Source of the DNA: Amphiscolops sp. MND2022
Taxonomy: Eukaryota
NCBI GenBank assembly: GCA_964187785.1
Contig: OZ076409.1
Coordinates: 58,344,001 to 58,408,000 of the forward strand
Direction: 5' to 3'
DNA: 64,000 bases
Shown here: positions 37,601 to 52,600 of the stretch, piece by piece
How positions within the stretch are numbered: position 1 is the first letter of the stretch
How the letters are laid out: every line of letters starts with the position of its first letter
The notes under the pieces: model-generated
Database searches by the model: none
What the model was told of the DNA's origin: nothing
The model's input: the letters and a program-made list of their open reading frames with translations, nothing else
Made by a program: the position numbers and the translations under genes

Positions 37601-40600
37601 ACCCAATTACCTAACACCGAAAAATCAAAACTTGAACCGCCAAAAACCCAGGAGAAGAAATCCAAATTGATTTCACGGGAAATCTGAACAGCAAACATTT
37701 AGACTCATCCCCTTTTATATCAGTAGCCGTAGACAAAAATAGCCGCTGGCCGGTAGCAAAAATTTGCAAAAATACAAACCACGATACGGCTTTAACACTC
37801 CTACGGGAATACATAAACGTATATGGAGTACCGAAAACAAATAAATCGGATAACGGTAGTGCTTTTATCTCAAAAGAATATAAAAGGTTTTGCAAAGAAT
37901 ACAATATAATCCGTAGATACGGTACGCCAAATCTGCATACCGGTACGAGATTGGTTGAAAGAACCATCCAATCTTTGAAGAATCTAACAAAAACTAATTT
38001 AGAAGAAACAAAAAACCTACCCGAGAGCCTAAACAAAGCACTATTTGTCCTCCACCATGCACTCTGAAACAAAGAAAACTCCGTTCGAACTACATTTCGG
38101 ACGAGAACCCGGAAGAAAACTATTTAACCTGAAAAATGCTATATCAGTTGACTCCAAGGACATTACCCGCAACTCTGCCGGCGAGATCACTGATCATCTG
38201 GTGATGTCAAAAAAGAAAATCAACGACCCGAAATGACTTTCACCCAAAAAGAAAAACCGTCAAATACGGTAAGTAATGAGAAACATACTAACTACCTGTT
38301 CACTTTCTTTGAAAAAGCACATACAAAATGCTCGCTTGGAAGCAAATTCAAAAATAAACCGCTAATCGCGGTCTCGGGGACTAAACACACGGTAACCACC
38401 GACAAGGACAAAATCCTACACAGGAAATTAAGATCTAACCCGATACCCTTTCAGCCGACAGCAACACCAACGAAAAGAATCAGCACCAGACTGACTACAA
38501 CAGCTGACAAGCCATCATGTTCAAAGATGGCGGAGAATATCTGCGCATACCGCAGAAAAGAAACACCATAACCAGAAAACACAGAAAGCAGTGCGGACTG
38601 TCTTAAGAAGAAAGACCAACCACGCAACGAAAGAGGCCAGTTCACAAGTCCCCACAAGTCGGCAGGGAAACCAATGGACCTTGATTTAAGCATGGTATCT
38701 GGCGACGAGTTCCAATGCTACAACACTAGCGAAGGAAAACCCGTTCACACCGACGTGGACGATGAACTGCAATTACTGCCAAAGGAGACAAACCTAACTT
38801 CCGAAACAGGTATAAAAACGAATTCATTACCCAACGAACCCCACCAATCGGCGAGAAAGTCGAAAAGAATACCCACCGCGAAACAAACCGAAAAACTAGG
38901 CGGTATTCCTTATTTCACAAATAACAATAAAAAGAAAAGAAATAGTAATTATGTGTTACAGGAAAGCCAAACCAGCAAACCGAACCAACAACAGAATGAA
39001 GAAAGAAACAACCGTGAAATACGGACAATTAACCGTGAGATACGGAAAACACTGGAGCATAAAATTTTTAACCGATTATTTCGGGACCACTAGCCAAAAC
39101 AACCGCCCGAAACCAAATGCACCCGGAGGAGGGGGAATGCGGAATGTAGAGGTCAAACCATTTCACATAGACTAAATTACTTTAGACAGAGAGTTGCTTG
39201 AATACATTTACAAACAAACTCTAATTGATTTCTGTCTCATTCATGTTGCTACATCTAGACTTCATTACAATAGTATACTTTGATACAAGATAGTTGAAAG
39301 AGAATTCTTTGTCATGAACATTATTTTAAAATCAACCAAGAGATCTCAACAGACATATGTTTGAAACTGTTTGAAACAGCAAAAAAGTGGATATCCAAAG
39401 AATATTAATTTTTTCAGATATTATCGAACTCTGTTACCATTTTGTTGTTCTTTCATTATCTTGTGAATGTACAGAACAAATCGCCAGTGTTGTTGTAAGA
39501 AACTGGAGTTTTCTAAAGCACTTGCTTAACCAAAATTTTCTCAATTACGTTAACATAACGAAAAACTCGCGTTTGAAAACCTCCAACCAGTCGCTAAGAA
39601 AACCCTACAGCATCAAGATTCCAATTTTTATTCGGCGCTTTTCGGGGAAAAACACCGACTATAGCAGTTGTTTTTAAGACCAGCGAACTGACATATTTCT
39701 ATAAGCACATTTCAATAGGCTCTCAGTAACTTGTAACATCTAACTGCCACTTGGCATAGAGGTAAACCTGCAGTTTTCGAGGTCCGGGAAGCTGGAGTCT
39801 CTGTGTTTGAGCCTTGCACTAAACCAAACTTTTTAATGCTTGCAAAAGTAGAGGAGAAACTAAAGTGTTCCTGGGTTTTTTCTGCTCTACACGTTTGTTC
39901 CAGATTTTTTTCAGTGAAATATGCCCCCCTTTGATTTTTGTCCGAAACAAAAGCGTTTTGCGAGCATAGAAGGCCACGTTTTTCAGCACAGAGCGATTTA
40001 CCGAAGAATTAAAAATTCTGAAAACTAGTTCAAAATTTCAAGCACTGTGCGACTTTTTAATTAGATTTGGGACTTGGATCTGAAGTAAACTTGACAAGGC
40101 GCCCGCTGAGCAGCGTGCTACCTTCCATCCCAAAGCAAATGTTCGTAAACAGTTTCTACAGGCACAAGCGTGAAAACTTCTACGCCTTTCCTTTGTAAAA
40201 ACACTGAATTAATGTTTCTCCCAATTAAAAATGTGTAGGAGATAAACTTTTTGTTATTGCAGTTCGTGGATATTCATACCTACAAACACATACGAAGATT
40301 TTCCAGAAAAGTCACGAAACGTTCGAAAATGGACCTTTTTGACTCTTGATTGGGCAATTTTCCCGATGTTGAAAAAATGCTGAAGATGTATCTTGTATGT
40401 TCGAACTCTGTGATCTTGAAATGTTGACTCTTGAAAAATGTTGAAGACATACAAAGAGTTTGAGAGAGAGAGAGAGAGTACTGTTGAACCGTTGGTTGGT
40501 ACCACCTGTCTTGTCATGCAATACAATTTTTTATTTCAACTTTCTGTCGGTCTTTTTTTCAAATGCGCTCTAATCGAACTAACATGTTTACAAAATATTC

Positions 40601-43600
40601 GAAGATTTGAGAACGCAAAAAGGTTAAAGCAATCGACGTTGGATTCTTTCCTTTTTTAAGCAATTTTTATAATTTCACATCGCAGAAAATCATTTTTCTG
40701 TATTTTCCCATGTTCCCAGTCAATGAAACCCTTTTTTCACTACAAAACACTCCTCTATGGGATGTCTGGGACTATATATTTCCATGAATTTTTAGCCGCA
40801 CAAAATAGGCAGTTTTTCTTTATTTTTTTTTCAAGTGGGAAAAGTTTTTGAGCTGAAAAGGGTTCATCTTTGGAATACTTTTCGGCACTGTGACTTTTTA
40901 GAAACGTTTTGAAAAAGCAAGAATCAGACAAAATACATCCATCCACTGAAATGTTACAGTTAGAGATATCAAAGACCACTTGGTTCAGTCGCTTATAGGC
41001 AGAATGTTTTGGTTTCGATTCCGGAGATCGAACTTTTTGGAAATAGTACTCAAGTGTTTTTAACATACATTTCTTTCCATTTGTTGAGTTTTAAGCAGGG
41101 TGCCAACCTGTAGGCATAAACCGTTCCCGGCTTGTTGTTGATTTTTGTAGTATTGTATGATGAAAGTTAATTTGCAACCGTAACTTGCCTATGCCCAGCT
41201 AATTAACTTCAGTCTGGGCCAAAAGATGACTTTTATGTATGCTGAGAAACATTATACTGAGAATGTAAAGTTTACCCAGTTACTGATTTGAAGATCCTCT
41301 TCACATGTCAGTCTTGTGTTTAGAAAGCAACTGCAGATATCAAAGAGTCTGTGAGAGATGCGAATGTCCTCATTTTTGTCCTTCCTCACGAATACGTGAA
41401 GAAAGCGTGCGACAGCATCAAAGATGTTATTAAGAAGGATGCGTTTGCGATTTCACTTTGCAAGGTTTTCTAGCTTACTTATCAAAAACTAAATTTCCAT
41501 GTGCTCTTTTGTCTGGGATAATAGCTCTAGCCCAGTAAGCTCTAGGCTTGCTTTCTAATCATTTTTAAGGATTCAAGTTTCAAAGGTTTTTTTAACGCGG
41601 AGCCGCAACTGCATCTCACAATCCCATCAATCATTTGAGCCAGATTTTTCTACAGTAGTCAAATATGAAGTAGCAGCAAAAGGTTAATTATAAGTTCCAC
41701 CTACACATCTAAAAAAAACAAAACTTTGAAAAATGGCAATGGCAAAAGTTTTTTTGATTTTCTTCCTCTTTACTAATAATTTCGTTTCAAAATTCTGGGA
41801 CAAAAACTGCGGACGTAACAGGTGGTCGGGCATTTCAGCTAATTTTAATTTAAATTCAATGTTTTTTGGCCTACTTGTTCAAAAATTTTCTGAGAAATTT
41901 CGTAACTAATCGACACCTCTGAGTCAACGGAAACTACTAATATGTTTTGATTCTTCATGATTACAATAGAAATACTTTTACAGGAAAATTGCATAGTAAC
42001 ACTTTCAGACTTTTGTGACAAAAAAGTTTATTACCAGATTTGAAACATTCAAGAGAATTTTCACACGAAAAAAAATGAAATCTAGTGAATCTAGCTGGCT
42101 CGTATAACTCTCCAGTAATGCCCGTCGGTTTGGTCTTTTCTGCCGATTTGTCATAAGATATGATTCCACTTCAACTTTAACGCACAAGTCGAAGATAGAG
42201 GGTCGGTATTTCCCCGTGTCTTAACTTTTCATTAAATTTTTCATGTATTAAATAACGTAAAAAGCTTAATTACGTTTTGAAATCTTGAAGGAATGAAAAA
42301 GAAGAATTATCGCAAAGTTTATGAATATCGACATCTATGTTTTAGGGGTTTGAAGAAGACAGTTTTGCTATGATGTCAAAAGTGATCAGTGGAATTCTTG
42401 GCATTCATTGTGGAGTCATGATGGGTGCCAACATTGCCAATGAAATTGCTGAGGAGCAGTTCGCTGAAACTACGATTGGTAAACAGCTCTAACCCGAGCA
42501 ACACAATTCCTAAACTTTTTTTCGGTACTTTGGTACCATCGTTCAAGCTGCATGACTGTAGAATACTTTATTTGAGCTTATCAGAAGCAAGTGATTTTAA
42601 AATTTTGGCGAAAAGTATTTTGTAGCCTAACAAAATTAGAACTCAAATTATCAAAATTTTAACAATGTTACTGTTGTATACTGCGAACTAGACTTGTAAT
42701 ACAAGAGTTTGTAAGAAAGAATGTTTTCTTTAGAGCAAAGTTTATCGTAATGAAAGCTGGGTATTCTAGAGAACTACGTAGTTGTTAGTAAACAACAATA
42801 ACAAATGGTAACTAAAAATAGCAACGGATTGTTTATCAACAGTTAATCTAAATTTGTCTGTTGTTCATTATTCTTCATTTCCCCCTCTACAATTGGATGG
42901 GAACTATCCAATGGGGTTCCGTTGCAGTCCATAGTTTTGTGGTCGGTAACCTGGCCACGTCTCGTTATTGAATCCGGGATTCCGTGATTAGCAATTGTTG
43001 AATCCGGGCTTCCGTGATTGGCATTTTGTTTTTCCGTTGAATGGTTTAGTTGTTTTCTTCGCCGTCCTGCTCTCCCACCTCCTCCTGTGTCTCCAGTAAA
43101 GGTGGCAGATTTAGTCCTTTTGCTGTGTTTCCTGTAACAATCTTGGTTAACTGGGTAGTTCAATCTTACTATAGGATTGGTTTTGGTTAGGCGTTTTGAC
43201 CGGCGTAGGTTATTTTCCTCTGTTTTTTCTAGTTCTTTTTCTATTTCAGTGCTTGAACATGAATTGCTTGCCTATTCTAGGTCTGATTCTTCTTTTTTAT
43301 CAAGAGTATCGTAGGTTACCTTACCATTATGGTCCATGATATGAAGTTCTTGGCCTGATTCTTGTGTGTCCTCGATTATCTGTTCAATGTCGGATTCCGA
43401 CATTTGCTCTGCATTTGCAGTTAGTGTGCCTAGGTGTTCGTCGCTGCCATTCCCAGGTCTCACTTCGGGGGGGCTTTGCTGTCCTTTTTCTCTGATCAGT
43501 TTGGCCATTTTTGGTCTTCCTCTGCCAAATGTTCCGTTCTTTTTTGTGTTCGGTGGCTCTGGACTGGTGTCCAATTGATCTTCTTGTGATTGGGACTTTC

Positions 43601-46600
43601 TGGGGGTTTCTGGTGATTTGCCCTCTTTGCGGGCGAATCATCCGTCCGGTCCTCTTCGTCCGGTGCCTCTGTTGGATGGTTCCTGTTCAAATGGTTTAAT
43701 TGGTTTACTAATTAGTTTACGATGGATTGTTTTGTTATCTGCTGGAGTTATCGTATGATTGGTCCCTTTTATTGCCGTTTGTAACTGATCTGAGTAGGGG
43801 CTCTCGAACTTAGTTCTTTGATTTTTTCTTTCGAACAATTTAAACGGGTAATCGCTTACCGTCTTTGTCGATTTTCTCTTTTGTTTCATTGGCAGATGGT
43901 CGGAGCTACCGCCTTCTCCACTGAATGTGTAGACTTGTAAAGTCTCTGGTTTTGCTAAAAACGAATGGTTATTTGTTAATTTTTTGATTTCATTTAAATT
44001 TAACATATTACTCAGTTCCGTGTTCGGTTTCCTTCCGAAGTGTAGTTCGAATGCCAATTTTTTTAGTCTGGTGTGTGGTGTAGTCCGCATTACGTACAGT
44101 GCTAGGTCGAGAGCTTTTCCGATTGGTTCTCCCGCTTATATTTTCGGTAATAAGTTTTCCTTTAAAGTTCTTACGCCCCGTTCCACCAGGCCGGTTGGGG
44201 TATGTATATACGGTGTTCCGTATATTATCGAAATGTAGTTCTTTTTACAGAATTCTCTAAAGAAGCGACCTGTGAACGCCGACGCTTTATCGGTTCGTAT
44301 AGTTTTTGGTATTCCATTCATTTGGATATACTGTTGTAGAAATTTTACAGCCGTTTCTCCGTCCGTTATTTTGCACAACTGGCGGCCGGCCATTTGTTAT
44401 ACCGGTCAATGGATAGTAGAATGTAAAATCTACGGTTCTCTTCCGTGATTGGTCCGATGAAATCCAATTGGATTTCTTCGTTCGATGAGTTCAATGGCGG
44501 TAAATGGTTTTGTTCCGTCTTAGGTAAATTAGGTTTTAAATTTTTACTGGAAAGTTTACACGGAATGCAGCTGTCGCATTTTCTTTGAATTGCCTCGGTT
44601 AGCTTCGGCCACCAGAAGTGTTTCGCTGCAGTGGTCATCTTCTTAATTGCTGGGTGTCCTTTGTGGAGCGAGATGGCGGTTGTCCTTAGATTTGCGGGCA
44701 CAATAATTTTCTCTTCGAAGAATACTAATCCATATCTTGTGGATAATTTCCGCTTGTATTGTTTGTATTCCTCGGGGATGCTGTCGTATTGCTTTCTTTC
44801 TAAGCATACGAGTGTTTTCAATAGCTTCGGGTCGTTTGTCGTTTCCGTCATTAATAACTGGAGGTCCGTTGCGAATTCTTTTTCGGTTTCCCTGACGGTG
44901 TTTTCGTGGTCCCAGTTGTTCAGTTCAATTGCTTGTATTCTTGGCGCGTGTCCCATCTTGATGTATTGAACACTCTTTATGCCTAAGTAGTTGGCCCAGT
45001 TAATGGTCGGTACTTCCAGTACCGACGGAGCCATCTCGGAATCACTCGAGATTTCCCCTTCCTCCATTGGTGCTTCCTCCGTGCGAGCTGTTGATGTGCT
45101 GGGTTGGTTTGCATCTTTCGGGATGAATGCCCCTTCGAAGTTTCTTACTCCGGTAAACTGCCAGTCGGGTAGGTAATCATTTTGTAGTTGATTATGAAAG
45201 GGCCGGTTTCTAATTTCTACGGCCGGGCTTTCTAATCTGCTAATAATTTCCAAAAATCTTTTTTCAAAAGTTTTTCTCTCGTTGCGGAGGAACTTCGGCT
45301 CGTGGTATTTCTTCCACTTACCGTTCGATAGTCGGTACACTCCCTGCTTTACAATGTTTCGCCATCTCTCAATTAAATCTGTAGTCTCTTGAGAAGAATC
45401 GATTGATTCAAGCGTGTCAATGGTTTTTGCGTCCATTGTTATCGGATCAGAATTTTGATTGATATTTGCGTTGCTGTTTGAAATGCGATTAAGGCTGTTA
45501 ATGGCGTTTTGTTCACGCGCGTTGTCCGATGATCGCTTATTGTTTACTTTTGGTCCGTTCTCGCGATGTGTTTGGTTGAAGTGGTTGCTAAGGCAACCAA
45601 AATTGAAACAAATCCGTAGTGCGGTGCTATGCTGTTAATCACATACTCTTCTTCGTATGCTTCGTCCTTTTGCGCCGGTTCGATCGGATTTCTACACAAG
45701 TAATCCGTGAGCGCTAAATGTTTACCGGCTATATGGTTGACATTAATTGTGAAGTGTGCTAATCGGTCGAGCCAGTGTGTTAAGCGTGCGCTGTAGGTTT
45801 TGTTTGAGCGGTTGCGTTTAAGTAGAGGTTCTAGTGCTTGGTGATCCGTCAATAATTTGACGGGCTTGCCGTAAATGTATAGTCGGAAATGTTCTAAGCC
45901 CCAGACTAATAATTCGAGCTCGTTGATTGTATATTTTTTTTTGTGTCCGATAGAAATCTGCTTGCGAATGCTATCGGTTTTAAAACGCTGTTATTTTGTT
46001 CTTGCCAGAGGGTTGCACCCAATCCTTTTGTACTGGCGTCGGTTGTGAGTGTGTTCGGTCGAACGGAGCTGTAGTGAGCGAGACACGGTATTTCCGTGAC
46101 TTTTTGCTTTAATTGGTTGAATGCTTCGGAGTGTTCCGTTGACCAGTTCCAGTTGTTTTTCTTTTTTTAACAGCTGTCTTAACAAATCAGTTTGCGCTGA
46201 CAGGTTTTCAATGTATATCGAGAGGTATTGAATTGCCCTTAGAAATGATTTCAATTCCTTTTCGTTCTTTGGTTCTTTTAATTTTTATATCGTTTTTGGT
46301 TTATCTTGTAACGGTCTAATACCGTTTTGGTCAGTTTTGTGACCCACCCACTCAATTTCGGTTTTATACAATTCTGTTTTGTTTTCACTCAATCTGTACC
46401 CTGCGTTTTATAATTTTGTTATTACCTCGATTAGCTCACGTGTATGTTGTTCTTTTGTTCCTTTTGTGACGACTAATATGTCATCTAACCACGCCGGATG
46501 TTTATTCTCCAGTGTTTGGTCTATCTTTTCTTGAAATATGGTCGGTATGTCCGCCAGACCGTAAAATCCCTTCAGGAATCTGTAGTATCCAGTAAAGTTG

Positions 46601-49600
46601 CCTCCGGTTATTGCAAAAATACACAGATCCATTGCGTGTTTTGATAGCTGCATTTGTCCGTAGGCGTAATCCAATTCGAATTTAGATATCCATATTTGGT
46701 CGGATGCCCCGTCTGCTATTTTTCTGGATATTCGTGAGATGAGTTCCTCCATATTCGGCAATTGTGCTTTCCGATTCACGGTTATTTCAATTAGTTTCCG
46801 TGAATCTAGAGCAATTTTTACCGATTTGTCTTTTTTTACGGTTATTACTGCTGGACTGACAAAACAATTTTCGTTGATGTTTGTTGCCTTCTCAATGTGT
46901 CCATTTTTCTTCAGCTTTTCGCTTTCTTTACCAACTGCTGGTTGTAGATGTATTGGTATCGGACGACATTTTTGTTGTATTAACTTGGCGTCCAGTTTTA
47001 GTTCGATATCTACTTCTATTCCTTTTATTGTTTTATTTTCGTGGAATAGTTTTTTGGATTTTCTCTTCAACTCGGTTGTGTCCGGGTCTTCTTTTACATT
47101 CTGGATCTTCGGGTTAGTCTTCTCCATTTCTAGCTTCATCCCCAGTTGTTTCATCCAATCTAGTCCAAGAAATGGATTCGTTTTTTTCAGTTTTTTTTGT
47201 AGCTATCAGTAGTTCTAGCTTTTTTGTTTCCCCGTTGATTTCAACGTTAGGTATTGTTTTTCCTTCGAATTGGATTTTGTTGTTGTTTACATCTCTGTAT
47301 TCGGTTTGTAGTGGCCTCATTGGTGTTATTTGGTTGAACATTTGTTTTGGAATCAGGGTGACCGGTGATCCGCTGTCTATAATGAATTTGATTGGACGGT
47401 TATTAACCAATGCCGTTTTTGTGATGAATGGCTGTCCGTCACTGGCTGTTTGTTTTGTTGAATGGATTATTTTCGTGATAAGGTGAATTTTGTTTGGTGT
47501 CCATTCGTCTTGTTCTGCGCTTGTTGCTTCCGATTCCGGATGAATGTTTTTTATCCTTCGGTCCGTTCTCTGTTTTGTACGGCAAAATTTTGCGTAGTGA
47601 CCAGTTTTTCCGCAATTTAGGCACTTTTTTGTTTTTGCTGAGCAATCATGTTGTTTGTTCCAGTTTGGTGCTCCGCATCTAATGCAGTCGACTTTTCTGA
47701 GTTTATTTGGTTTGTTTCTTTCCGGTTTTTGGTAGCTTCCTTTTCTGTCCACGTGTTTTATTTTTGTTTCTTCTTCCGTATCTGGGATTCGTTCATTTTT
47801 TCATACATGTAATCGTGGATTGTGTCGGTTATTGCTTCTAGCGACATGTCCCCTTTCTTTATTTTCTTTTTTAGATCTCTGTCTCCCGTGGTTTTCCCGA
47901 TTACTGAAAGAAAAATTGACGCCAGCAGTTCTGCCGCTGTTTTTTCTTCGAATTCGCAGTTTTTCTCGATTTCGAGTATTCTTTTCCATGTTTCTGCTGC
48001 GGATTCTCCGGGTTCCCGCTTTAAGTTGAAGAAATCGGCTCTGCTATGGTGTTTGTTCCGTTCCGGAATAAAGTGTAGTCTGAATAGTGCGTAAAGACGG
48101 TATAATGGTAGAGAATTTGGTTCTCTTTCTCTTACCGTCTTTGTCATTTCGGTGAGTGCTGCTTGCCCGACCGCCCAGATGAAGACGTCTTTTCTTTCGT
48201 CTTCGAGTTGTTCTCTGAATTGGGGAAGCACTTCTTTGGAGTTGGTCATCTTTGATAGATCTATTTCCCGTGTCATTTTAATGTATTGGGTGAATTTTCT
48301 CCACCAGAGTTTTGCACTGGTGTGATCGGTTTTTTCTAAGATCGGAATGGGCAACTTTTGTGTTGTTGTCCGTTCTGCCGATCTCGCTGTTGTATTGTTT
48401 GGGAGTGATTGGCTGCTTGCTTCTCCCGTTAAGTTGTCTTGTTCGTCTTCCATTTTTGCAGTTTCTTGTTTTCTGTAAGCTCAGATTGTTGGCTGCGCCA
48501 TGTTGTATACTGCGAACTAGACTTGTAATACAAGAGTTTGTAAGAAACAATGTTTTCTCTAGAGCAAAGTTTATCGTAATGAAAGCTGGGTATTCTAGAG
48601 AACTACGTAGTTGTTAGTAAACAACAATAACAAATGGTAACTAAAAATAGCAACGGATTGTTTATCAACAGTTAATCTAATTTTGTCTGTTGTTCGTTAT
48701 TCTTCAGTTACTAAAGAATAGGTTAGGCGGGGTACCATTCACATTCCTTTCGCGTTACAACCTCAGAGGACAAGGGCGAAAAGATATTGTTTCCCTGAAG
48801 GGGAATTTCATCTCAAAATATAAAATAATTGTTTCTTTTCACGTGGCAACTCTTTTGTTTCGAAACAGCCTGTGCGTGACTTTTTTTAGCTTGTCGAAGC
48901 TCAAAATAAGTTAAATATTTGTTGGTCAAGAAAACACAAACGTACCAATTTTCCGAAATGAATTCACGTTATGATAATGGTACAATATGAAACTTATTTT
49001 GCAGCCACTGCCAAAGAAGAACATGGAAAAGTGTTTGAGCAGCTATTCAACTGTCCCTACTTTCAGTGTTCGAGGGTTGATGACGTCACTACAGTGGAGA
49101 TCTGTGGCGCCTTGAAGAACATCGTGGGCATAGGGGCTGGCTTTATAGACGCATTGGGTATTGGCATTAATACTAAGAGTGCCATCATACGTCTGGGTCT
49201 AGTGGAGATGATGGCCTTCGCCGAAGAGTCAGTTCCATCTTGATACGTTAAACACTTTGTGTTTCTCAGTCTGACATGAAAATGAATGTGGGTGGGATTT
49301 TAGCTCACTATTAACTATCTATACCATATAACAGAATGGCGGAATACATAGAACTTCAGAAACTTCGACATAAAACTAGCCCACAATAAATACTGAAGCA
49401 CTGTGATCGTTTGAGGAATCAACATTATTCTAGTGTTGTCTTTTTGTCAGCTTTTTATTGACGTTTTTGATTTTTTTTTCATTGCCCGGGTCGACCCTCC
49501 ATGGATATCTTAGTAAGATCTTGGCAAGATCTTGCCAAGATCTTGGAAAAATCCTAGCTAAGATCGTGACAAGATATTGCCAAGAATTGCAAGATGTCAT

Positions 49601-52600
49601 GGTAAGATCTTATCAAGAGAGCCATGTTTCCAAGAAAAATCTTACTAAGAAGCCCAATATAGCAAGAAAAATCTTACTAAGAAGCCGAATATGGCAAGAA
49701 AAAAAGTGCTACGAACTGCTCGATATCGAGAAAAAGTAGAATCCGAAAACCATTAAATTAAGAGTTATGGAAAAAAATCTAGACATCACTCAAAACAAAA
49801 TTACTGAATGATTTTTACAATCATTTCGATATCGTAGATACATTATTGTCATTTTGTGGCCAAAACGCGTTGTCAAAAGAATGTCCAGTAAATGAGAATT
49901 GATTTTCATTTGTCGCTCGTAGACTAATGTGCATGAGCGCGAATTATTTCACATCATTTTCCTAACTTTACTCAATTATACTCTTTTATTTTTTTCCATT
50001 CTAAAAGCTGCTGCTAAATTTTCGTTTTTTTGAGACATGCTTGAATCTTTTCCGAGCGAAACTTCCGGTGACAGATGCGGGAGTTCATCACCAACACAAC
50101 CGAAAACCAAAAAATTTAAGTATACAAAAAGAACATCGATACGAGTTTCATTCGAGAAAATATTGAGATTATAATCCAAAGAAAATGCAGCCATCTGAAC
50201 GAGGCGGGCTTGAATGTTTCTTCCGTGTAGTTTATCACATTTCTCGTCTAAAAATGTTTTGCTATGAAATGTGATCGAATAGTGTTTCTAGGTGTAACGT
50301 GACCAAATAAACTGCGGTTCTCGCTAATTTCATTTGTTGTAGATAAATTACTTCAGTATGGAACCCACGTACTAATACGCCTATCTATTTCCGCCTATAT
50401 TTCTAAATTGGAAAGAAAAGGTTTTAACGGGGGCGCATTTTCGCCAAAAAATTGTCATGATCCAAATGGCACAGAATTCAACAAAAGAATTCTCCTGAGT
50501 TTTTCCCACAGAATTCAACTACCAGAAACTTAGTTTTGTACGATATGTGTTTGAAGAGATTTTTAGACTTTTTTAATTATGACCAAAATAACACCAACTT
50601 TTCAACAATTCCGAAAATTTTGGGTAATTTGGCACAATTTTTCAAAGATTTCGTAGGTTAAAATGTCCAAAGCTCGACAACAAAAAAACTAGCTAAGCCG
50701 TACTCTTTTTAAAAGATTTTTGATAGATCTTTTGACCAATTTTTGACCTTTTCTATGAACATTTTGTACAATCCATTTCTTGTACAATGTTCGTGGAATA
50801 CAGCATCCGAAAACGAATGGCCTAGTTATCCAGTGTGTTTGTTTCAAGAGCATTTGGTTGTTTCTTGTTCAGAAAAGGCCTCAAAATTACATCAAAAATC
50901 CAAAAACTCCAAATATCCCCATTCTTTGGCAGTTTAGTCCAGACACTTTTTGCAGTTTTTGAACGTTTTTAGGCAAGAACGTTCACTAACCTTAACGTTG
51001 AAAGAAAAGGTTACCCAGTCCATTTTTTTTGAAAGGATCAAAAAAAATTTTTGACAGAGAACAAAAACTTGGCAGTATTTAGACATTATTTAACGATTCG
51101 GAAGATATGAAAGTTCAAGAAACTCAAAAAATACGAAATAATTATCCATTCAACAAGCTTTTGAGAAAAGTAACGAAATCTATTGCTCAATGCTAGTGAG
51201 AATGATCTAGTTCGTTTGGTAAAAAAAGCCTAATGAACTAAAAAGTCGAAAAAAAGGTTGATTCTCTTTTTCTGAAAATTTTTGAACTATTTTGAGATGT
51301 TTTCATAAGTGTGAAGATCCAATGACTTGAAACGCAAAGCTATCAGCTTCTAAACACACTTTTGAATATTCGGGGTACGGAAAACTCAACACAAGGAAAC
51401 TAATCACAAGAAAACTCAACACAGAAAACTCAACACATAGTGAAAAGCAGAAAACTCAACACAGAAAACTCAACACAAAATCTCGACAAATTTAATTATT
51501 ATTAGTTAACATCTCAATTGAGTTTAGTTTCTGAAATCTAACTAATTGTTAAATCCGCATAATTTCCGTTCTTACTTAATCACAATTGCGACTCATTTCA
51601 AACACACATAAAATTCATCATTTCTCAGCACAATACACCATTCCTGCAACCCTGATGAAGCGAGCGCTCACATGGCCTATTCAAGAATGAAAGAATATGC
51701 CAAATCAATGCCAAGTGAAATCCCTGGTCAAATAATGGGAAAATTTTCGATGGATTTACAAGATGAAACAATGTTTAAAATGCCAGCTCCAGATCATTTG
51801 AAGAAGACGCTTCACAACAAGAAAAGAGCAAAAATTGCCGCCTTTACCAGCTAACTTAGGATCTGTCACATTCCCGGACAATTTGATTCCTCTCGACGAC
51901 GTATGCCAAATACCCAATGCCACACAGTCTTTCCCCGCTAGGCCCGAAACTGGCGAAGATCGAATGATTGTTTTTGGAGTGAAACCTCAACTAGAGTATC
52001 TCGAAAGATGCCGAGTTCTCATTTGCGACGGTACGTTTGCAACAGTACCATCTCTTACATTTCAGCTCTACACCATTCACGGTTTGGTTGGAGATATTGC
52101 TCCTCCCCTATTTTTCGCTCTCCTGCCTAAATTGAATAAAACACTGATCAAAACATGCCCGAATTTATCCCCGGAAATTATATTGACCGACTTTGAAAAG
52201 GCTGCAATTACATCTTTTGAACGATCATTTCCTGACTCGTTAACTGGGGGATGTTTCTTTCACTTATGCCAATCAGTTATCCGCAATGTTAATGAAAGTG
52301 GCTTGAAGATTAAATACGTTAACGAGTCACACCCGTGGTAGGGGTGGTGAGCCCTTTATATAGCAATTTTATTCACCATCTGTCCGTATCTCAGTAAACC
52401 ATCATTGATACGCAATGTTAAAACCCGGTTAATAATGAAAAATATTTACCATTTTTGATCAAACTTTTTTCGATAGCTTGAAATTTCATTTTCCCTATAC
52501 TAAGCTGTTTTTCACGTTAAAACGTTGCTTACAAACCATGAAACAAAACGATAGAAAAAGTCTGAACGCAAACACAAACATTCTAGAAAAATTGTGTCAA

